Source of the DNA: Malacoraja senta
Taxonomy: Eukaryota
DNA: 64,000 nt
Assembly (NCBI GenBank): GCA_038087875.1
Contig: CM075993.1
Span: 9,116,001-9,180,000, forward strand
Direction of reading: 5' to 3'
Program-made: the position numbers and the translations under genes
The notes under the pieces: generated by a model
The model's database searches: none
Told to the model about the DNA's origin: nothing
The model's input: the letters and a program-made list of their open reading frames with translations, nothing else
Part shown: in pieces, positions 1 to 11,498 of the stretch
Layout of the letters: each line of letters starts with the position of its first letter
How positions within the stretch are numbered: the stretch's first letter is position 1

Positions 1-737
1 AGCAGACAAGGAGTTTAAGACTAACAGGATTCCAACTCTTACCAGAACTTGTGTAAAACACTACACATAAACATGGACCTGGAGCACAAAGTAAAACAAA
101 ATATTAGCAACAGCTACAAATGAATGAATACAAAAGGAACACATTTATAAATATATTAGAAGAAGAAGCAAAGTGGACTCCTTAAATGTAAAGAGGAACC
201 GAGGAATACATTGAATGATTACTTTGAATCAATGATTGTGTTATATTGTTACATTCTTTATCGTGAAGATAGACCTCAAAGCAGCACAAAACATAACAGA
301 TTGCAGTCGAGCCTGCAAAAGAAACTAAAGTTTAATCTGGACAGAACCTGACCAACATTAATATAAACAAGATAATTATAATGACAAAATCATTCGGACT
401 AAAGGGTGAACATTTATGAACAATTAATGATGAGAGAAATGAAGACTGGCATTTTTTATAAACTGTGTAGATGGAAGTATTAAATTAAAAACAGAAATGA
501 CTATATTAAATGAATAGGCAAAAGATCAGCAAATGTTTATTAATCTAACCAAATGTGAAATCAATCACTACGACAGAGAATAATTATTTCAAAAAGATTG
601 AAAGCTGAAAACACTAATTTTGGAGTCCATGTAGTTCGGTCTTTAAACTGTCACAAACAGGAACTAAATATAATCAAACCTGCTAATGGAAACCAGTTGA
701 CAACGAGCTGGAGAATAGACCATGCTGTAGTAGACAA

Positions 738-918
738 AATGTAGAAACAATGAACTGCAGATGCTAGTTAATACACAAAAGAACACAAATTGTTGGAGTA
801 ACTCAGCAGGTCAGGCAGCATCACTGGAGAACATGGATAGGTGATGTTTTGGGTTGGAACCTTTCTTCAGACGAAGTGTCTCAACCCCAAAAGTCATATA
901 TCCATGTTCTCCAGATAG
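738..918. mobile_element. Penelope-like terminal (pLTR) remnant, inverted/palindromic arrangement
   Basis: gaactgcagatgct...ggagtaactcagcaggtcaggcagcat...cttcttcagacgaag...tatccatgttctccagat; same motif family as the GIY-YIG-bearing copies elsewhere in the window. Confidence 0.7.
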
Positions 919-1091
919 TTAGGCAGACAAAACTCATTTTGATGTAACAATGAAGGTTTGTGGGGAGGCTCAGATAACTTGTGCACATAGGATCTTCCCC
1001 TCCTGTCCGCTCTGCTGCATCAGTTTGCTACCTGATGCCGCTGCTCAGTGGAACCTGAGATGACCATGGCCAAGCACTTCCTCTCACCTAG

Positions 1092-1109
1092 AGAATCCGA
1101 TCAGAAAGA
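1092..1109 (+). CDS. Candidate 18-nt microexon of an unidentified host gene
   Basis: cttcctctcacctag|AGAATCCGATCAGAAAGA|gtaagg; splice signals only. Confidence 0.3.
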
Positions 1110-1235
1110 GTAAGGAATCACTTGCTCGTTTTAGGTAAATTTCTCAGAGAATTCCCACAATGTGCTTCTGAAAATTTCTTAATTTCTTTTGAAAGTCTTA
1201 CTTCTCAAATGAACAGGAAACATATTTACATATAT

Positions 1236-1447
1236 TAAGAATAAGGGGTAGGCCATTTAGAACGGAGATGAGGAAAAACTTTTTCACCCAGAGAGTTGTG
1301 AATGTGGAATTCTCTGCCTCAGAAGGCAGTGGAGGCCAATTCTCTGGATGCTTTCAAGAGAGAGTTAGATAGAGCTCTTAAAGATAGTGGAGTCAGGGGA
1401 TACGGTGAGAAGGCAGGAACGGGGTACTGATTGTGGATGATCAGCAA
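1236..1447 (+). mobile_element. CR1 LINE 3' fragment
   Basis: Encodes RIRGRPFRTEMRKNFFTQRVV; close match to the CR1 3' end at 33985-34200. Confidence 0.85.
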
Positions 1448-1469
1448 TTATCATGTGGATGATCAGCAA

Positions 1470-2830
1470 TGGATAACTTATGGATACAGGAGAGGTGCCA
1501 GAGGATTGGAGGGTGGCAAATGTTGTGCCTCTTTTCAAGATGGGCTGCAGGGAAAATGCTGGGAACTATAGGCTGGTGAGTAAGTTGCTGGAGAGTATTC
1601 TGAGGGATAGGATATGCAGGCATTTGGCTGATTAGGGACATTCAGCATAGTTTTGTACATGGGAGGTCGTGTCTCACAAATCTGATTGATTTTTTTGAAG
1701 ACGTGAGCAAAAAGTTTGTTGAAGGCAGAGCTGTAGATGTTATGTACATGGACTTTAGTAAGGCGTTCGACAAGGTGCCGCATGGTAGGCTGCTCTGGAA
1801 CGTTAGATCTCATGGTATCCAAGGAGAGATAGCTGAATGGATAGAAAAATTGGCTCCATGGAAGGAAGCAGAGAGTGATGGTGGAAGGTTGCTTCTCAGA
1901 ATGGAGGCCTGTGACTAGTGGTGTGCCACATGGTTCGGTGCTGGGCCTGTTACTGTTTGTCATCTACATCAATGATTTGGATGAGAACATACAAGGCAAG
2001 ATTAGTAAGTTTGCTGATGATACAAAAGTTAGTGGTTTTGCAGACAGTGAAGATGGTTGCAGCAGGATCTGGATCGATTGGCCAGGTGGGCAGAGGAATG
2101 GTTGATGGAATTTAATACAGAGAAGTGTGAGTTGTTGCAATTTGGGATGTCGAACGAGGGCAGGACCTACACAGTAAATGGTAGGCCTCTGTGTAGAGTT
2201 GTAGAGCCAAGGTATCTAGGAGTACAAGTGCATGATTCCATGAAGGCCGAGTCACGGGTAGATAAGGTGGTCAAAAAGGCTTTTGGCACTTTGGCCTTCA
2301 TCAGTCAGAGTATTTAGTATAGAAGTTGGGAGGTCATGTTGCAGTTGTATAAGATGTTGGTGAGACCGCATTTAAAATATTGTGTTCAATTCTGGGAACC
2401 ATGTTATAGGAAAGATATTGTCTCTATTCCATGGAGCGCAGGAGGATGAGGGGAGATCTTATAGAGGTGTACAAAATCATGAGAGGAATAGATCAGGTAG
2501 ATGCACAGAGTCTTTTACCCAGACTAGGGGAATCAAGGGGTAACTTTTTCACACAGAGGGTGGTGGGTGCATGGAACAAGCTGCCAGAGGAGGTAGTTGA
2601 GGCTGGGACTATTCATTCGTTTAAGAAACAGCTGGACTGGTACATGGATAGGATAGGTTTGGAGGGATATGGACCAAGCGCAGGCAAGTGGTACTAGGGT
2701 AGCTGGGACATTGTTGGCCGGTGTGGGCGAGTTGAGCCGAAAGGCATGTTTCCACACTATTATTCCACTCTAGTGTGAATGGGTGATCAAGAGTTGGTGT
2801 GGACTCTGGGCTGAAAGGCCTGTAACCATT
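1470..2830 (+). mobile_element. Degenerate CR1 LINE, RT and C-terminal region
   Basis: Frameshifted ORF pieces [52 protein letters not shown]. Confidence 0.92.
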
Positions 2831-3488
2831 ATTTCAATTCAGTGATTAATTTGCTCCCACTTAGTTGGGAGAGCAGATTTGGTCAAGTCCATTTCACCAA
2901 AAGACAAAAAGGTGCTTATTACTGAGCACTCACAGACAGTAAAAGACCAGCAGCAACTAAATGGTTGTTCCTGGTGCAAACTTCAACAGTTTTACCAAGA
3001 GGCATCTCGTGCCAAACTGGTAAATCTGTCTCACTATATATGATGGCAAGCAAGGAATTTCCCAAGTGAATCATCAATATTTTTCAAACAACGAGAATAT
3101 TATTTGGCCATTGTGACCTTATCATGCAATGATTGGCTGTAACATTTCGTGACTACATTTCAGACTGACTTCTTTGCCTGCAAGGATTGCGATGATATGA
3201 GACCAGGGACGTGGTTTCAGCAATGCAAGTCTTTGCCTCTTTCTTTTACATACCAACACCAATCCAAAGTGTTGCTGCCAAGAGCAGTTCAGATCAAACC
3301 ATTCTTCATTGTTCTGGAAGCACATTGTTTCAATTATTGAGCCTATTTCCTCTGCAGAGATTGGCATGGAACAAATACTGCATTGCTCTCCACAATGTAC
3401 AATAGCTGGTTGAAACCATATCAAAATGCTGTTTGGTAGCTAAACAAATAAAATACATGTTTTTTTCTCTTTTTTTTCCTCACTGCAG

Positions 3489-3503
3489 ATGAAACAAATA
3501 CCA
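3489..3503 (+). CDS. Candidate 15-nt microexon
   Basis: Long polypyrimidine tract tttttttctcttttttttcctcactgcag|ATGAAACAAATACCA|gtaaga. Confidence 0.4.
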
Positions 3504-4023
3504 GTAAGAATAAAATCAAAAATAAAGTATTGCATTTTAAAGTAAATCAGCATCTAGTCAGAGAATGGATAATAGAGGTCACAGTAGCCTTAATCAGTCA
3601 CACTGAGTTTGTGATCTACTGAATGATTTCTGTTGCAGCCCACGTTAACCAGTGCATAATCTTACTGCAACCAGCAAGCCAAGTCTGCTGCTCCGTTTGT
3701 GCAGCAGGGCAACACATTGAAAGCCCGACTCTAACCCGTGCTCCGATTTCTCCTTCTGTAACCATTCCTCACCTTTGGGTTCTGTAATGCCGAAGGTTTG
3801 TCCCTCCTGCCAGCTTTGAGCATTGAATTCCGGCAGAAAAAACAAAAATAAAGTGTGAAATTAGACAAAATCAGCAACGATTACGAACATGGGTAGCCAA
3901 GGAAAACACACTCATTAACAATACAGCTAAAAGCAATTTTAAAGGAAAGTGCATTTCAAATATGACTAAAATCAGTTTTCAAATATCAAAAATACATTAA
4001 ACCTTTACCTTTTTTTACTGCAG

Positions 4024-4035
4024 CACCTGAAAAGA
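4024..4035 (+). CDS. Candidate 12-nt microexon
   Basis: ctttacctttttttactgcag|CACCTGAAAAGA|gtaaca. Confidence 0.3.
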
Positions 4036-4839
4036 GTAACATGTTTAATAATTCATGAATTATTTATTCTTAAATGAAGACATAATAAAAGATTCTTCAC
4101 TCTTCTCCAAACAATGAAAACTTGCTTTTATAAAAGGCCTTTAGAACCCAGACATTTCAGAGCTGATCACAACCAGTAAGTACTTCCAGAGAAGATTCAC
4201 CTGGCACCCTAGCCAAGTACAGATGATGTGAATGACCAAATAATCTGTGTTTTGTGATGTTGACTGGGGCATAAAATATTGACAAAGATCACAAGGAGCA
4301 TATCCCTGCTCCTCTTCAAAGTGCTTTGAGTTTAAATCTACCTGAGACAGTAGATGGCCTCTGTTTCATGTTTCAATTCGCTTACAGCAACTCCAATAGT
4401 CTGACACTCCCTTAGTTGGAACCATGCTCAAGTGTTTGCCAAGGCTTTGTTTAAGTCCATGGGATGGGTCTGTGTTCTAAATTGGAAGCACATCCTGAAT
4501 GTGTTGGTCTGTAACCGTAGCCATAACTGACAGAAATACATAATTTTTTGTTATACAAGTCAATTGTAATCCTTGCTATGATCCTCACAGTTTTTTATCC
4601 AGACAGGCAGTAGAGCTTCCAGCAGTGCAGTGAACAGCGCTGAGATTTTCCCTTGGGTCCTGTTTACTTAATTCTTCCTTTGTTGATAATGAGCACAGTT
4701 CTGGTTTTTTTGAAGTATTTATCCCAGTGCTTGGCTTGTCCCGCACATGTTCACAAGCCATTAAAGTATGTGAAAACTGTAACAAGGCTACACTGAATTG
4801 CTTTTATCAACTTTGAAAGAATTTGATTTCTTTTTCCAG

Positions 4840-4901
4840 ATGGTGGTTCGAAACCATCAGCCGATGTTTTAAATTTTCATAGGGAACTGGCAAACACCTA
4901 A
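4840..4901 (+). CDS. Candidate terminal coding exon
   Basis: gatttctttttccag|AT GGT GGT TCG AAA... reads GGSKPSADVLNFHRELANT* in phase 1. Confidence 0.25.
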
Positions 4902-5345
4902 CAGCCAGACACTTCCCCAAGGTTTTTCTTACATCACTTTCAGAAGTCGATCATAGCTTGTCCCAGATTCAAACATGAGTTGCGATAAACACCAACGAGC
5001 TGAAGTTCTGTAACTGCAAAGGGGAAAATTAAGATCACCCAGGTTTTCATTTTGTTTTAAATCCACGCCAAATTACACTCCTCCGCATGATCCCAGGCAG
5101 GCGTAGGGATTCTCTGAGCTACCCTAAGAATCCCTATTTCTTTCCATTGGGTCCAACTCAATATTTGCCAACTAATAGCCACTGGGTTGCACTAAATATG
5201 TTGCAAAGCCCCCTGAACTACATATTTGATAGTTCACATGCTTTCCTTCATTTTGGCAATGGAATATTTTCTGAAGAATCTATTCAGAGCCTGAAGGACT
5301 TTTATCATGATCTCTCAGCTCAAGACACCTGGAACCTCTTGTTTA

Positions 5346-5381
5346 AGGTCTGAAGAAGGGTTTCGGCCCGAAACGTTGCCT
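5346..5381 (+). ncRNA. Minimal type I hammerhead ribozyme motif in a PLE terminus
   Basis: aggt-CTGAAGA-a-gggtt tc ggccc-GAAAC-GTT-gcct: CUGANGA core, stem II, GAAA, palindromic ACGU stem III, stem I AGGU/GCCU. Confidence 0.7.
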
Positions 5382-5844
5382 ATTTCCTTCGCTCCATAGA
5401 TGCTGCTGCACCCGCTGAGTTTCTCCAGCATTTTTGTGTACCTTCAATTTTCCAGCATCTGCAGTTCCTTCTTTAACTCTTGTTGTGTACAGTGCGGGCA
5501 CCTAAATGCTCAATTCTCTCAAAAACAAGTACTACAGATGATGTAAATCTGATCAGCAATTGCTGTACCTGCCTTCAGGGCTGCCTTTTGTTAGTCACTA
5601 ATTTATTTCTCCCCTCTTTCCTCCTGCTCACCCATGCCTTTAGTCATTTAATGTCTTCTCCCACATCACAGATGCTTCCACTGACCTGCTTCCTTTCATT
5701 TATTTTTTCCATTGGTTTAATTTCATATGGCAGCTTGATCCATACACCCACCTCCCTCTGCGTGAAAAGGTTTCCCCTCAGTTTACCGTCAAATCTTTCT
5801 TCTCTCATCTTAATGGTCTCTGCAGATAGCGGAAAGGGGTGGAT

Positions 5845-6625
5845 AGACCGTTCCCCCTGCAAAGAACACAGAGACCATTCCCTCCGTAACCTCCTGGTTA
5901 ACTCGTCCCTTCCTACCCAAACCAGACCCTCCCCAGGTACTTTTCCCTGCAACCGCAGGAGATGCAACACCTGTTCCTATACTTCCGTCCAAGGACCCCA
6001 ACAGTCTTTTCAGGTGAGGCAGAGGTTCACTTGCACCTTCTCCAATCTCATCTACTGTATCCACTGTTCCAGGTGTGGATTCCTATATATCGGTGAGACC
6101 AAGCTCAGGTTCGACGATCGTTTCGCTGAACACCTCCAATCAGTCCGCCTACACCTACCTGATTTCCCAGTTGCTGAATACTTTAATTTCCCCTCCCATT
6201 CCCACACTGACCTTTCTGTCCTGGGCCTCCTCCATTGTCAGAGGCCCAGTGCAATTTGGAGGAACAACACCTCATATTTTGCTTGGGCAGATTACACCCC
6301 AGCGGTATGAATATTGATTTCTCTAACTTCAAGTAACCGTTGCTTTCCCTCTGCATCCCTCCCCTTCCCAGTTTTCCAACCAGTCTGAGGGTCCCTGATT
6401 AGTTTGTCTCTGTTTGCATTGTTGTTACCTTCTAGCTAACAATGATCTATTCTACATCTTCCTTGATCTCTACCCCATTTGATGTCTCGTTCTCACACCT
6501 TACACTTCCTTATCTCTGTATCTTCCCCTCCCCTGACTCTCAGTCTGAAAAGGGGTTTCAACCCGAAACGTCTCTCCAGAGATGCTGCCTGTCCCGCTCA
6601 GTTACTCCAGTATTTTGTGTCTATC
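5845..6625 (+). mobile_element. Penelope-like element 3' part (GIY-YIG endonuclease plus pLTR)
   Basis: GTFPCNRRRCNTC...FTCTFSNLIYCIHCSRCGFLYIGETKLRFDDRFAEH. Confidence 0.92.
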
Positions 6626-6661
6626 TTCTGAGTATCCCTAATCAGTCCTTCCCCTTCCAAA

Positions 6662-6885
6662 TGTGTAGGAAGGAACTGCAGATGCTGGTTTACACCACAT
6701 TTTGGGTTGAGACCCATCTTCAGACTGAGTCTGATGTTTTTGGTCGAGATCCTTCTTCAGGCTGAGAGACTTCTTCCGACAGACTCTCAGTCTAAAGAAG
6801 GTTCTCGACTCGAAATGTCACCCATTCTTTCTCTCCATAGATGCTGCCTGTCCCACTGAGTTACTCCAGCATTTTGTGTCTATCT
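6662..6885. mobile_element. Palindromic PLE terminal element with degenerate hammerhead cores on both strands
   Basis: Two minus-strand ...cttcag cores followed by plus-strand ctaaagaaggttctcgactcgaaatgtc. Confidence 0.7.
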
Positions 6886-7894
6886 TTCCTTTCCAAACGC
6901 AGGTAGATCCTGTCTTTCAGAGTCTCCTCCAGTAACTTTATCCGTCACTGATGTTAGGTTCACCAGTCAGTAAATCCTCGCCTTGGCCTTATAGCCCTTG
7001 TAGCCCTTGTCAAATAAAAGAATAACATTAGCCAACTTCTAGTTCTTCCAGTACCTCTCCTGCGGCTAAGGAAGCTACAAAAATCAGCCAGGCCCCAGTA
7101 ATTTCTACCCTTGCTTCAGACAATGTCCTAGATACACTGGGACAGGCATTGGTGATCTATGCACTTTGTGAGCTCCAGGACCACCATCACCTCTTTTATA
7201 ATATTAATTGGTTCAGGACATCATTATTCATTCCTTGAATTCCTTTGCATCCATGACCTTCTCCGCAGTAAATGCACTCTACCATATTTCTGCCAATGGA
7301 ATAGGTCATCAGAATTTGAAGCCGGACTTACAGTGTTCACGTGTTCACCTACACCCACAACAATGAACAGAGAGGGTGATTTCAGGTGATTTCACAACTG
7401 TCTATAGGATGTGAGCCACAGTTGGGAAAGAGGAAAATGCAAATCAAATAATCATATTAATCACGAACGTTAAACTACCGAGGAGCAGCTGCAATTTCCC
7501 TCCCTTCTACTGCCAACCAAACTCACTCAGCATCCCAGCAGTTTAGGTTTAAAGAATACCAGATTGTAAATCGGAATTTACATTTATATTAAAGCTCAGA
7601 CCACCTCAGGCACTTCAAAGCTGACAATTAACATTGGAAGTGTAGTCACTGTTCACAGAATCACAGGAACTCGTGTCAGTTCATGAGTTTGAAAAAGAGT
7701 CTCGACCCAACACAATATCTGTCTATTCCCTTCCCAGATGCTGTCTGCCCCACTGAGTTCCTTCACTTTGTGTTTTACTCACGTCAGTTTGTTGGTCCAG
7801 GCCAGTCAAAGAAAGTGCTGTTTGGACTAATTTGGCCACCAGCACATCTGCACTGACTATCCCATTGGGTAGGACAAGTCCTGAGCATTTATTT

Positions 7895-8490
7895 TGAGAG
7901 GGCTTTGATACAAAAACAGGGATGTAATGCTGAGGCTCTATAAGGTGCTGGTCAGGCTGCATTTGAAATATTGTGAGCAATTTTGGGCACCATATCTGAG
8001 GAAGGATGTGCTGGCTCTGGAGAGAGTCCAGAAGAGGTTTACAAGAATAATCCCAGGAATGAGTAGGATAACATATAATAGGTGTTTGACGGCACTGGCC
8101 CTGTACTCGCTGGAGTTTAGAAGAATGCAGGGGGACCTGAATGAAACGTACAGAATAATGAAAGGCTTGGATAGAGTGGATTTGGCGAGGATGTTTCCAC
8201 TAGTAGGAGAGTTTAGGACTAGAGGTAATATTCTCAGAATTAATGGACATTCCTTTAAGGAGACAAGGAGGAATTTCTTTAGTCAGAATCTGTGGAATTC
8301 TTTGCCACAGAAGGCTGTGGAGGCCAAGTCAATGGATATATTTAAGGCAGAGATAGATTCTTGTTTAGTACATGTGTCAGAGGTTATGGGGAGAAGGCAG
8401 GGGAATGGGGTTGGGAGGGAGAGATAGATCAGCCATGATTGAATGGTGGAGTAGTCTTGATGGGCTGAATGGCCTAATTCTGCTCCTATC
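7895..8490 (+). mobile_element. CR1 LINE 3' portion
   Basis: ORF MLRLYKVLVRLHLKYCEQFWAPYLRKDVLALERVQKRFTR plus 3' tail. Confidence 0.92.
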
Positions 8491-9935
8491 ACATGATCCC
8501 TCCACTTCCTGCCTGTTCATGTGACCGTCTAAATGTCTCTTAAACTTTGCTATCATATCTGCTTCCACCGCCTCCTCAGCCAGTGCTTTGCCGGCACCTA
8601 CTGCCCTCTGTGTAAAAAAACCTGTCTCACACACCTCTTTAAACTTTTCCTCTCACCTTTAACCAATGCCATCTAGTATTTCACATTTCCACCCTGGGAA
8701 AAAAATGTGGTTATCTACCCTCTCTTTGCCCCTTCTAATTTTATTTACTTTCATCAGGTTGCCTCTCAGCCTCCCCAACATTCCAGAGAAAAGTTTGTCT
8801 ATTCTCTCCTTACAGTGAATACCCTCAATCCAGGTGACATCATGGTGAACTTCTTCTGCACCCTCGCCAAAGCCAATACATCTTCCTGTAATGTGGCAAC
8901 TAAAACTAGATAAAATACTCCAAACACAGCCTAACTGAAGTTTTGTCCAGCTGCAACATGACTTGCCATCTTTTATATTTGATGAAGGCAAGCATGTTGT
9001 ATAGCACCTTTATCACTGTATCCACTTATGTTGCCACTTTCAGGGCACTATAAACTTGCACCCAACGATTCCTTTGTACATAAATCCTCCTAATGATTCT
9101 GCTATATACTGTCTACTTTCCACTTGCCCTTGACCTCTAAAAATGCTGTACCTTACACGTTCAGATTAAACTCCATCTGCAATTTCCCTGCCCAAATTTC
9201 CAACTGGTTAGAATGATAAATCTGTATCCTTTATCAGCCTTCATTGCTCCCCATAACTTCACTAATATTTGTCATATGCAAATTTACCAATCAAGCGACT
9301 TTATTTTCATCCAAATCATGTTTATATATTGCAACAAGTTACAGAGCTCCAATCAGAAAAAAAACACCCCTCCACCAGTACCCTCTGGCTTCCAAACCAG
9401 TTTTAGATCAATTTTACCAACTCACCGTAGAACCCATGTGATTTCATCTTCTAGATTGGCCTACCATGGGGACAAATGTTTTTACTAAACTCCATGTAGA
9501 TAACATCCACAGCGCTACCCTCGGTCATCTTCATCACCTCCTGAAAAAATGCAATCCAATTTATGAGACAGGACCTCCACTGCACAAAGGCTTATTAACT
9601 AGCGAAACAAGTCCATGCTTTTACGGATGCAAGTAAATCTTATCCCCTAGAACATTCACCAATAATTTCCCTACCACTTATGAAAGGCCTATAATCAGAA
9701 GGATTATCCTGATTGCCAAATGGGAACAAAGGGTAATATTGTCCATTCCCCAGTCTATTGGGACATTGCCTGTGCTAAAGAACATACAAAGATTTCTGTT
9801 AAAGCCCCAATAATCTCTACCCTTGACTCCCTCCCACGGCATCCTGGAATATATTCCCTCAGACCCTGGAGACATCAACGTTAATGTTTTCAAGACACCC
9901 AACATCCCCTCCTTCCTCATATTAACTTGTCCTAA
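8491..9935 (-). mobile_element. Old degenerate CR1 LINE (resumes about 10415-10560)
   Basis: Minus-strand ORFs FFTQRAVGA, LRGNLMKVNKI, SPGSEGIYSR. Confidence 0.75.
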
Positions 9936-9939
9936 AATA

Positions 9940-10415
9940 TTAGTTTAGTTTAATTTATTGTCACATGTACAAAGGTACAGTGAAAAGCTTTTTGTTGTGT
10001 GCTAACCAGTCAGCGGAAAGACTGCATGATTATAATCAAGTCATCCACAGTGTACAGATATGTGATAAAGGAAAAATGTTTAGTGCAAGTTAAAATCCAG
10101 TAAGGTCCGATTAAATATAGCCTGAGGGTCTTCAATGAGGTAGATAGTAGCTCAGGGTCACTCCCTAGTTGTTGGGAGGATGGTTCTGTTGCCTGATAAC
10201 AGCTGGGAAGAAATTGTCTCTGTAACTGGAGGTATGTGTTTTCACACTTCTGTACCTCTTGCCTGATGGGAGAGGGGAGAAGAGGGAGTGACCGGGGAGA
10301 GAGTCGTTCTTGATTATGCTGGTGACCTTGTTGAGGCAGCGTGAAGTGTAGATGGAGTCAAGGGAAGGGAGGTTGGTTTGTGTGATGGTCTGGGCTGCGT
10401 CCACAATTTTCGGCA
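9940..10415 (-). mobile_element. Rex1/Babar-type LINE 3' fragment inserted in CR1
   Basis: LPSLDSIYTSRCLNKVTSIIKNDSLPGHSLFSPLPSGKRYRSVKTHTSSYRDNFFPAVIR; (taaac)n tail. Confidence 0.85.
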
Positions 10416-10715
10416 TGCATTAACTTTTCCCTCGCTGATCTCATATCATCCATGTCCTCCCCCATGAGTAAATACTTATGTGGAGTACTCATTAACGACC
10501 TCACCCATTTCCTCCTTTGCCCTTGAGTGGACGCATGCTTTGCCAAGTTAACCTCTTGCTTTCAATATAAATATTAAGTTCTGACTCATTTTCCCCAGAC
10601 TCAGTAGCAACGACAGGCAGTTAAGTTAGCCAGCCAGAACATGAATCAGAACGATCGTATTTTTAAATCCTTGTGGGTGGAAGATCCTAACAATTTTGTT
10701 TGGAGAACTTAAGAG

Positions 10716-10987
10716 CGGCACGGTGGTGCAGCGGTAGCAGCCAGAGACTCGGGTTCAATTCTGATCATAAGTGCTGTCTGTACGGTGTTTGTACGTTCTC
10801 CCCGTGACCTGCGTGGGTTTTCTCCAGGAAGTCGATCTCTTCCCCCGCTCTAAAGACATACTAGTTTGTAAGTTAATTGGCTTGGTATAATTGTAAATTA
10901 TCCCTAGTGTACGGAGTTCGCTGGTCGAGGTGGTCTTAGTGGGCCGAAGGACCTGTTTCCACGCTGTATCTCTAAACTAAACTAAAC
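10716..10987 (+). mobile_element. HE1/V-SINE-like tRNA-derived SINE
   Basis: ggcacggtggtgcagcggta head, B-box-like gggttcaattc, V-domain gtttgtacgttctccccgtgacc, CR1-like tail gggccgaagg.cctgtttcc, (taaac)n. Confidence 0.85.
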
Positions 10988-11335
10988 ATCCCCCATTTCA
11001 AAATTCTTTGGGGGTTTTGATTGGTGGCATGGCACTGATTAAGTGAACTACTCTTAGTATCAAAGTTGGTCCCTCTATTCTGGTGTTCTTTTCCTCAGGT
11101 TGAACTGCCATGCGCCACATTTTCCAAATCTGCTCCCAGCTGCAAATCAGAGACCAAGAACTGGCAAAATTGTGAACCTTCCAAATAAATGCAACTTTGG
11201 AAGAGGCATTTTGGGAGCAGCGCTCTGTAAAGTGCAGTCATTTTGAGCATACTCATACCTCTACATATAATTATCAGCCAACCTCCTGCCATAAATGGCA
11301 TTTGTACAAGGAAGCTTTCCCCTAGACATACAATA

Positions 11336-11498
11336 GGGTGGTACGGTGGCGCAACGGTAGGGTTGCTTAGGTAAACATTGTAAATTGTCCCTAGTGTGTA
11401 GGTGAGTACTAGTGTATGGGGGGGTTGCTGGTTGGCATGGGCTTGGTAGGTTGAAGGGCCTGTTTCCACGCAGTATTACCAAACTAAACTAATCTAAA
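11336..11498 (+). mobile_element. Internally deleted HE1-like SINE
   Basis: Head ggtacggtggcgcaacggtag joined directly to aaattgtccctagtg and tail. Confidence 0.75.

Noticed and set aside
1..720. A-rich region with faint CR1-like traces
   Set aside because: Too degenerate to call reliably
4585..5013. Two minus-strand exon-like segments
   Set aside because: Their phases are incompatible when spliced together
10716..10790. tRNA-like sequences at SINE heads
   Set aside because: They are SINE 5' regions followed by V-domain and LINE-like tail, not tRNA genes
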